Positions 23,811-30,724 of a stretch of 30,724 bases of DNA are shown here, one piece after another. Positions within the stretch are counted from its first letter, which is position 1. Each line of letters begins with the position of its first letter. Location: the IMG/VR virus record IMGVR_UViG_3300011339_000196, positions 1-30,724 of that record. One strand, given 5' to 3'. The notes beneath the pieces were generated by a model. The model was not told the origin of the DNA. It saw nothing but the letters and a program-made list of their open reading frames with translations, and did not search any database. A program made the position numbers and the translations under genes. This stretch comes from a virus (Duplodnaviria; Caudoviricetes).

Positions 23811-24128
23811 ATGACTCAAGAAGCCTTCCAACCACTTGGCCTGACAGTTAACTTTACGGGCGCAACCAGTGCCCCAACAGCTGTACAACCTGGCCCATCC
23901 AATGTGGTCAACACCAACTATCGGTTTGTCAATGTGGGTGCGGTGACTGTGTTTCTTGGAACGGGCACATCATCAGCGCTTGCTGTAACAGAAGCATCTG
24001 TGACCACGGGAATCCCACTGGTGGCTGGCGCTGTTGAAATAATGAGTTTTCCTGCGGGAACATTCTTCACAGGCATCACAGCATCCAGCACCGCGGTGGT
24101 CTACGTTACGCAGGGCCAAGGGCTGTGA
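23811..24128 (+). CDS. Small virion structural protein (putative)
   Basis: Beta-rich T/V/G composition; GTGA overlap with next gene. Confidence 0.7.
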   Translation: MTQEAFQPLGLTVNFTGATSAPTAVQPGPSNVVNTNYRFVNVGAVTVFLGTGTSSALAVTEASVTTGIPLVAGAVEIMSFPAGTFFTGITASSTAVVYVTQGQGL

Positions 24129-25093
24129 CAACCCCCCAGGACATCATCAACCGGGCGCTAAAAGACGTTGGCGCTCTAGCTGCGGGAGAAACCCCAGCGG
24201 CAGCAGATTCGGCAGATGCGTTCGATATGCTGAACGATATGTGCGCCCAGTGGTCAAACGAAAACATGATGGTCTTCTATAAGACTGAAATCATTTTTCC
24301 AACGGTTCCCAACCAGGTGCAATACACCATAGGGCCAGGTGGTCAGGTAGGTGCATCGTTTACAGGCTCAATTGCTGCCACCACGTTGACGGTCACTGCC
24401 ATCACCTCGGGCGCAATTGCCATTGGGCAAACCTTGTCAGGCACTGGCATCACTGCTGGCACCACCATTGTGGGCTTTACAACGGGCGCAGGCGGCAATG
24501 TCAACGAGGCAGGCACCTACACCGTCAGCATCAACCAAACAGTGCCCAGCACCACGATTGCAGCCTACTACGAGCGTCCCCTAACGATTGAGAGTGCTTT
24601 TGTGCGGATTGCTACGATGCAGGGCGGCAGTCCAATTGCTGGCGGTTACCTGGACTATCCCGTTGCCATCTTGGGCGCAGAGGAATACCAGAGCATTGGC
24701 ATCAAGCAGCTGAGTGGGCCGTGGGCCAAGGCCATTTACTACCAACCAAGCGAAGTGCTGGGGACATTGTTTGTCTATCCCAACCCCAGCCAAGGCGAGT
24801 TGCATCTGTTTACTCAGACCATCTTTAGGCAGTTCAACGGGTACGCCGACTCTATCCAGCTGCCCCAGGGCTACAACAATGCGCTGCGGTGGTGCCTGGC
24901 AGAACGGTTGATGCCCATGTATGGCAAGACCAACCAGACAACCATTGCCATGATTAACGCATTTGCTGCCCAAGCCAAGGCCACAATCAAACGCACTAAT
25001 ATGCGTCCACCACAAGTTTCGCGTTATCCTGATGCCCTGATGGTTGGCAAAGCCAAAGACGCCGGGTTTATCATGGATGGCGGTTTCCGTTAA
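24125..25093 (+). CDS. Head-tail adaptor, P22 gp4-like, with inserted beta domain
   Basis: [19 protein letters not shown]....D..D.LN.M..W N-terminus; LPQGY..AL.W.LA.RL.P.YG C-terminus. Confidence 0.75.
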   Translation: MTTPQDIINRALKDVGALAAGETPAAADSADAFDMLNDMCAQWSNENMMVFYKTEIIFPTVPNQVQYTIGPGGQVGASFTGSIAATTLTVTAITSGAIAIGQTLSGTGITAGTTIVGFTTGAGGNVNEAGTYTVSINQTVPSTTIAAYYERPLTIESAFVRIATMQGGSPIAGGYLDYPVAILGAEEYQSIGIKQLSGPWAKAIYYQPSEVLGTLFVYPNPSQGELHLFTQTIFRQFNGYADSIQLPQGYNNALRWCLAERLMPMYGKTNQTTIAMINAFAAQAKATIKRTNMRPPQVSRYPDALMVGKAKDAGFIMDGGFR

Positions 25094-25105
25094 CAAGGAT
25101 TAAAC

Positions 25106-25705
25106 ATGACTACCGTTGCCATCTCCGGTCTGCCCGTTGCTACTGTCATCAACGCTGCCGACATTGTTCCGTTTGTCCAGGCTGGCACAACCAAAAGCAT
25201 CAGCAAGACCTTGCTGTTCACCAGCCCCACAATGGTGACGCCTGCGTTGGGGACGGTTGCCAGTGGCGTCATTTCGGCCTGCACATCGACCAGCATGGTT
25301 ATGGTGACGCCGGTACTTGGCGCAGCCACTGGCACTAGCTTGGCGGCAACTGGTGCAGTCACATCATCTGGCACGGCAGGCGTGGGCTACGCAACAGGCG
25401 CAGGCGGTACTGTTACCCAAGCAACAAGCCGCACCACAGGCGTGACGCTGAACAAAACCACAGGCGCAATCACCATGTTTAGCGCAGCAGGAACAACGAC
25501 TGCGGCAACTTTTACTGTGACCAACAGCACCGTGGCGGCAACCGATGTGATCATCCTCAATCAAAAGTCAGGAACAGATCTGTACGACCTGATGGTTACG
25601 GCAGTGGCGGCAGGAAGTTTTAACCTGACATTCCGCACAACTGGCGGCACTACCACTGAAACTCCGGTCTTCAACTTTGCAGTGATTAAAGCTGTAGCAG
25701 CTTGA
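25106..25705 (+). CDS. Thr-rich virion fibre/structural protein
   Basis: AISGLPVAT..VPFVQAG.TK N-terminus, TP.LG repeats, C-domain similar to 11625..12038. Confidence 0.7.
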   Translation: MTTVAISGLPVATVINAADIVPFVQAGTTKSISKTLLFTSPTMVTPALGTVASGVISACTSTSMVMVTPVLGAATGTSLAATGAVTSSGTAGVGYATGAGGTVTQATSRTTGVTLNKTTGAITMFSAAGTTTAATFTVTNSTVAATDVIILNQKSGTDLYDLMVTAVAAGSFNLTFRTTGGTTTETPVFNFAVIKAVAA

Positions 25706-25706
25706 T

Positions 25707-27395
25707 ATGCCAGATTTTGGTTTTGTTGGGACTTCATACGAAGCCCCTTCCATTTATCAAGATGCTCAAGAGTGCATCAATTTCTATGCGGAGATTGACC
25801 CTCAGAAACAGGCTGGTGAACGGGGCGTTGTAGCGCTGTACCCAACCCCTGGCCTAACTCTACAAACCCAGTTGGCCGTAGCAGAAGTTCGTGGGCTGCA
25901 TACCCTGTCAGGCGAGACAATCCTAATTGCAGTTTCAGGCGCAAGTGTTTACTCGGTCAATACCAGCATGGTGGCAACCTTGATTGGTACGCTGTCCAGC
26001 ACCACTGGCCCAGTGTCCATCAGCGACAACATCACAACCAACAACGGGCTGACAGCCTATATTGTTGATGGCGGTAACCGCTACACCTGGATTGCATCCA
26101 CAAACACTTTTGCAGTGTTGCCAAGCACTGATGGCCCGTGGCAAGGCGCAAACGTCACAGATCAGGTTGATAATTATTTCCTCTACAACGAGCCAGGAAC
26201 GCAAAACTTTGCTTGTAGTGACCTTGGCCTTGCTACGTCATCTTTGGCGCTGTACGGCACGGTTGATGGCTCCAGTGACCTGTTGGTTACCTTTATTGTT
26301 GACCGCAGGCAGGTTTACCTGCTGGGTGAACGCACCACAGAGGTTTGGACTGACATTGGCAACGTGATTGCTGGCATCACCACCTTCCCGTTTCAACGAA
26401 TTCAAGGCACGAGCAGCCAAAGCGGTATTGCTGCAAGGTTTTCGTTGGCGCGGTTTGGCAATAGCTTTGTTTGCGTAGCTAGGGATACGGTGGGCAATGG
26501 CACGATTGAGATGATGGAGGGCTACACCTGGATGCGGATATCTACCCATGCAGTTGAGCAGAGCCTGATCAACCAATACATTGGTGATGCAATTGCCTAT
26601 ACCTATCAGATTGAAGGCCACGAGATGTACGTTGTTACATTTCCGACTGTCAATTTGACATGGGTTTATGACCTGTCCACTAAAAGCTGGCACAAATGGC
26701 TAGCGTTTTCAAATGGCGTTTACAGTCGGCATCGGTCAAACTGCGGCGCGTTTTTTGCCAATCGGTATATTGTTGGTGACTATCAAAACGGCAAGCTGTA
26801 CAGCATTGAAAATGCTGTTTACACAGAAGATGGCGCAACAATTCGCAGGCTACGTCGAGCGCCTCACTTGGTGGCTGACTTCCAGCGTCAATACTTTGAT
26901 GAACTACAAATTCAATTCCAACCAGGTGTTGGGCTTGGCGTCACACCAGAGCAAACTGCTGATGGCATTGTCACCGAATTGGCAAACGTTCCACCAGCTG
27001 GCCCAAGCTACCAACTGATTGCAGAGTTTGATTGGCAGTACCTAGCAACAGAAAGCGGCGATGAAATCACCACTGAGGCTGGCGATGGTTTTGAATCGTT
27101 GGTGACGTTTGCCTACTCTGGGCCTGATACAGCTGGCGCCGAGATTGTCACTGAGCAATACCCAGCTACGCCTGGTTACGATCCACAAGCCATGCTGCGC
27201 TGGTCATCTGATGGTGGCAGCACCTGGTCAAGTGAGCATTGGACATCTATTGGCAAAATGGGGCAGTACAGCAACCGTGCTATCTGGCGGCGGCTAGGAT
27301 TTGGCCGTGATCGCGTGTTTGAGGTTAGCATTTCAGCGCCTGTAAAAGCCGTAATTATTTCAGCCAATTTGAAAGCTAGCGCAGGTGATAACTGA
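25707..27395 (+). CDS. Tail nozzle / DNA stabilisation protein, P22 gp10-like
   Basis: LYPTPG, LLGERTTEVW, ISTHAVE, TWVYD....WH, LRWSSDGG.TWS, WRRLG..RDRVFE. Confidence 0.9.
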   Translation: MPDFGFVGTSYEAPSIYQDAQECINFYAEIDPQKQAGERGVVALYPTPGLTLQTQLAVAEVRGLHTLSGETILIAVSGASVYSVNTSMVATLIGTLSSTTGPVSISDNITTNNGLTAYIVDGGNRYTWIASTNTFAVLPSTDGPWQGANVTDQVDNYFLYNEPGTQNFACSDLGLATSSLALYGTVDGSSDLLVTFIVDRRQVYLLGERTTEVWTDIGNVIAGITTFPFQRIQGTSSQSGIAARFSLARFGNSFVCVARDTVGNGTIEMMEGYTWMRISTHAVEQSLINQYIGDAIAYTYQIEGHEMYVVTFPTVNLTWVYDLSTKSWHKWLAFSNGVYSRHRSNCGAFFANRYIVGDYQNGKLYSIENAVYTEDGATIRRLRRAPHLVADFQRQYFDELQIQFQPGVGLGVTPEQTADGIVTELANVPPAGPSYQLIAEFDWQYLATESGDEITTEAGDGFESLVTFAYSGPDTAGAEIVTEQYPATPGYDPQAMLRWSSDGGSTWSSEHWTSIGKMGQYSNRAIWRRLGFGRDRVFEVSISAPVKAVIISANLKASAGDN

Positions 27396-28114
27396 TGGCA
27401 ACCTCTATCCCCAACGGCAACATAAACATTCCGTTTAGCAGTTTTTTAGATCCGATAACGGGCAGGCCCAGCCAAGAGTGGTTGATGTTTTTGATGAACC
27501 CAACCTTTATCAGCGCAAATTTAAGTAGTGCATTGCCAGTTACCAGCGGAGGCACGGGGTTGACCACAATCCCAACCAACGGCAAATTGTTGATTGGTAA
27601 TGGCACAGGCTATTCGCTAAACACCTTGACAGCTGGTACTGGCATCACAGTCACCAATGGTTTAGGCACAATAACCTTGGCATCCAGCGGTGTGACAAGT
27701 TTTAGCGCAGGCACAACGGGGTTTACGCCCAGCAGCCCCACAACTGGCGCGGTAGTGCTGGCAGGAACTTTAGTAATAGCCAACGGCGGCACAGGAGCCA
27801 CTACAGCCGCAGCAGCTAGGGCCAACTTGGGCGCTGGCACGGTTACATCAGTAGGCGGCACTGGCACGGTCAACGGCATCACACTGACAGGCACGGTTAC
27901 CACAGCAGGCAATCTGACGCTTGGCGGAACGCTGAGCGGGGTTAGCCTGACTACGCAAGTCAGTGGCATCCTGCCTATAGCCAACGGCGGGACAGGTACT
28001 TCCACTGCTGGGGTTAGCGCCACAATCGTGACTGCTAAACTGACCGCACTCGGCGCAGACGGTAGCATGACTTTTACCAATGGTTTGCTTACAGCGCAGA
28101 CTCCTGCGACTTAG
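27395..28114 (+). CDS. Tail needle/fibre-like protein with GGTG repeats
   Basis: Position after gp10; DPITGRPSQEW N-terminus; LPVTSGGTG, LVIANGGTG, LPIANGGTG repeats. Confidence 0.7.
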   Translation: MATSIPNGNINIPFSSFLDPITGRPSQEWLMFLMNPTFISANLSSALPVTSGGTGLTTIPTNGKLLIGNGTGYSLNTLTAGTGITVTNGLGTITLASSGVTSFSAGTTGFTPSSPTTGAVVLAGTLVIANGGTGATTAAAARANLGAGTVTSVGGTGTVNGITLTGTVTTAGNLTLGGTLSGVSLTTQVSGILPIANGGTGTSTAGVSATIVTAKLTALGADGSMTFTNGLLTAQTPAT

Positions 28115-28123
28115 GTTGGTTCA

Positions 28124-28552
28124 ATGAGCCTAGTCACACAAGTTAGCAAAGAGCAGATTGAGCGCCTGCAAAAAGAAATGGCTGTGTTGCCACAATTGGA
28201 GTTGGTGACTGAACATTCGTTTAGCCCAGGGATGTACTTGCGGAAAGTCTACCGCCCAGCTGGTACGCTGATTGTTGGCAAAGTGCATAAAGAGCCGCAC
28301 TTCTTTCTTTGCGTTAAAGGTGAAATAATTGCCTGGACAGAAGGCGGGATGCGACACTTGTATGCTGGCGATGTAATTGAAAGCAAACCAGGCACTAAGC
28401 GAGTAACACTAGCGGTAACTGATGCAATTGGGATTACGATCCACTGTACCGACAAAACAAATTTAGATGAAATTGAAACTGAATTGATTGAACCAGACAC
28501 GGCAGCATTGTTTGATTCATCAAATAAGTTAAAACTGAAGGAGTTAACATGA
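28124..28552 (+). CDS. Cupin-fold protein
   Basis: HSFSPGMYLR..PAGT..VGKVHK..H...KGEI, PGTKR motifs. Confidence 0.7.
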   Translation: MSLVTQVSKEQIERLQKEMAVLPQLELVTEHSFSPGMYLRKVYRPAGTLIVGKVHKEPHFFLCVKGEIIAWTEGGMRHLYAGDVIESKPGTKRVTLAVTDAIGITIHCTDKTNLDEIETELIEPDTAALFDSSNKLKLKELT

Positions 28553-29337
28553 CTTGGGTAGCAGCAGCAATTGGCGGTAGCGCATTATTGGGCTTTTTAG
28601 GTTCTCAAAAACAAGCCGAAGCCGCTACACAAGGTGGCCAACTTCAATATCAAGCTACGCAAGACGCAGCTAAACAGCAGCGAGAAATGTTTGACATTCT
28701 CAATGCTCAACAGCTGCCATACCGCACTGCTGGACAAGGAGCGTTGACCAGCCTGCAAGATATGCTGCCGTACTTTACTGAGAAACAAGCCCCGTACCGA
28801 CCGTTTACCGCAGAGGATTTGAAATCCAATCTAGCGCCTAACTACGAGTTTATGAAGCAGCAGGGGCTGGGGGCGACAGCGCAAGCCATGAATCCAGGCG
28901 GTGGCGGTAGCAACATTGATTTGGCACGAACAAAGTTTGCAGAAGATTACGCTGGCAGTGCATACCAAAATGCTTTGGCAAACTATATGTCTCAGCAACA
29001 AAACATATTCAACCAAGGCCAATCTGAACGCACCAACATTTACAACAAACTGTCTAACCTAGCAGGCATTGGTCAGACCGCTACCACCAACATTGGCAAT
29101 GTCGGCGTTGGTACTGCTGGCAACCTTGGTCAGCTTGCAATTGGCGGGGCAACAGCCCTGGGTGCTGGCAACATTGGTGCTGCAAACGTCATGGCTGGTG
29201 GTCTGCAAGGAATTGGCAATGCTGCAACCTTGGCATCGATGCTTAGACCCCAAGGGCAACCAACGCCAATAAACTATACAGGGCAAACGCCTGCACCAGA
29301 ACCTGGCTATTTTGGCTCTGCAATACGCTTAGGATAA
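28549..29337 (+). CDS. DNA ejection protein, P22 gp7-like
   Basis: Hydrophobic G/A N-terminus, Q/A helical core with PY..AG..AL, G/A-rich C-terminus; position. Confidence 0.75.
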   Translation: MTWVAAAIGGSALLGFLGSQKQAEAATQGGQLQYQATQDAAKQQREMFDILNAQQLPYRTAGQGALTSLQDMLPYFTEKQAPYRPFTAEDLKSNLAPNYEFMKQQGLGATAQAMNPGGGGSNIDLARTKFAEDYAGSAYQNALANYMSQQQNIFNQGQSERTNIYNKLSNLAGIGQTATTNIGNVGVGTAGNLGQLAIGGATALGAGNIGAANVMAGGLQGIGNAATLASMLRPQGQPTPINYTGQTPAPEPGYFGSAIRLG

Positions 29338-29340
29338 AAA

Positions 29341-30724
29341 ATGGCTGATTTCAATATATCCCCAATCGGCAACACGGTTAAGCCCGTGCCTGGAATGTCG
29401 TTGTCTGACATGATGAACATGGCAACCAGCGCCCAGGCGTACCAGCAGCAGCGCCAGCTTAACCCGTTACAGCTGCAAGCCGCTGAGCAAACTGTTGAAC
29501 AAGCACGGCGAATGAATCCATTGGCATTGCAAGCACAGCAACAAATTGTTGACCAAGCTGCCCGAGTAAATCCAGAATTGTTCCGTAGCGCTACCGCTGC
29601 CGCAGGCACTGCCGAAACTGGTGAATCATCTGCTAAGTTGGATTTTGCCAATAAAAAGGTAACTGCTATTGCTAACAGGCTGACAAGCACCATTAATGAC
29701 CCGTTGATTATTGCTGCCGAACAAAATCCAGATGCGGTTAACCCAGAAGCCTTATATGCCCGGATAAAAAACTATGGCATGACCCAAGCTAAAGAAATGG
29801 GCATACCAGAAGACCAAGCAATTGCTTTAATTCAACCTTATCTTCAAGTGCCTCCAGCTGGTATGCGTCAGTTTTTGAAAAATAAGCTATTAGCCACATT
29901 GGATGCTAGTAGCCGACTTTCTGCTATGCAACCTACTGGCGTACCTGTTAGCAGCGGTGCTGGTACAGCAGTTGTTGCCACTGGTGAGTTTGGCGCTCCA
30001 CGCCCTGGCACTGCACTTCCAGGCACTACGATTGACACTAAATTGCCACCAGGAACAGAGTTAACTGCTGTTGCAGGTGATGGAACTGGCTTGGCACCTG
30101 GAACAAAATACCTTAAAGGCCCAGAAAGTGGTACGGTGCCTGGTTCTACGCCAACGCTTACACCAACCCAAAGACCAACTGTTCCTAGTGCTGCGGCTCC
30201 TCCAGTTGGTAGGCCGTTTGTCTCAGCCCAAGCGCCAGGTGAGCCTGAGACACTTAAATCAAACGCAGCAACAGCAAGCGCAGATTGGGCAACTACATCT
30301 ACAGATGCAACTGTTGCCCAGCAAAGAATTGCAACACTACAGAAAATCAGGCAATTGGCACCTGACGCATTTACAGGGGTTGGTGGCGCACGAAAAGAAT
30401 TTATAGCAGGATTGGCAAATGCAATCGGCATATCTGCTTTTGAGGCAGAAAAAACAGCCACTGATGAATTAAGAAAAAATGCTAATTTATTGGCATTGGC
30501 AGGCGGCAACACTGATGCAGCACGGGCGTTGGCAGAAATGGCTAATCCCAACACAAAGATGAACGCTCAAGCCATCAAAGAAGTGGTTAACCAGTTGATT
30601 GGCATTGAAAGCATGAAAGCTGCAAAAGCCAAATACTTAGGCCAGTATCGAAACACGCCAGACAATTACATTCAACAACTTGCTCAATTTAATGACATAG
30701 CCGATAGCAGACTTTTCCAAGAAA
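29341..30724 (+). CDS. DNA ejection protein (gp20-like position), 3'-truncated; not in ORF track
   Basis: ATG 29341 with TAGGA SD; frame appears open to window end (MADFNISPIGNTVKPVPG...), A/Q/P-rich. Confidence 0.8.
   Translation, partial: MADFNISPIGNTVKPVPGMSLSDMMNMATSAQAYQQQRQLNPLQLQAAEQTVEQARRMNPLALQAQQQIVDQAARVNPELFRSATAAAGTAETGESSAKLDFANKKVTAIANRLTSTINDPLIIAAEQNPDAVNPEALYARIKNYGMTQAKEMGIPEDQAIALIQPYLQVPPAGMRQFLKNKLLATLDASSRLSAMQPTGVPVSSGAGTAVVATGEFGAPRPGTALPGTTIDTKLPPGTELTAVAGDGTGLAPGTKYLKGPESGTVPGSTPTLTPTQRPTVPSAAAPPVGRPFVSAQAPGEPETLKSNAATASADWATTSTDATVAQQRIATLQKIRQLAPDAFTGVGGARKEFIAGLANAIGISAFEAEKTATDELRKNANLLALAGGNTDAARALAEMANPNTKMNAQAIKEVVNQLIGIESMKAAKAKYLGQYRNTPDNYIQQLAQFNDIADSRLFQE

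Larger units (their letters stand above)
1..30724. mobile_element. Tailed phage genome segment (P22-like head/tail module, lambdoid gene order)
   Basis: Contiguous lysis, recombination, replication, terminase, portal, P22-type coat and gp10-like genes; no host housekeeping genes seen. Confidence 0.97.

Noticed and set aside
29868-30554. 228-aa minus-strand ORF
   Set aside because: Shadow of the open + strand ejection gene from 29341, which the track omitted because it has no stop in the window.
1-30724. tRNA, rRNA, IS/transposase, intron/intein, reverse transcriptase/DGR, alternative genetic code
   Set aside because: No supporting motifs seen; core genes are intact and of normal length under the standard code.

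Overview
The whole window is phage DNA: most of a lambdoid-organised, P22-type podovirus genome, probably from a betaproteobacterial host (host is inferred only). Left to right it holds: the end of a lysis cassette (3TM holin, M15 peptidase endolysin); a leftward early operon (ERF recombinase, YqaJ-type exonuclease, small SSB, many small ORFs); a divergent control region with one Cro-like HTH gene but no CI or integrase; a DUF1376-type replication initiator with internal iterons; a C5-methyltransferase encoded in two overlapping frames; RusA/XF1762/NinB genes; a ferritin-like/GroES/small-protein cluster; two large unknown ORFs; and terminase, portal, scaffold, coat, tail/tailspike, gp4/gp10-like and ejection genes (last one truncated). 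Main non-obvious signals: (i) a 7-2-7 palindromic operator plus CTATACAAT -10 at three promoters, one driving a lone antisense, probably leaderless, small gene converging on a 450-aa unknown ORF (candidate effector/inhibitor pair); (ii) a C4-like cloverleaf RNA whose loops match the leader and SD of the replication gene; (iii) a G10 tract inside the dual-frame methyltransferase. All family calls come from motif recognition, not database searches.
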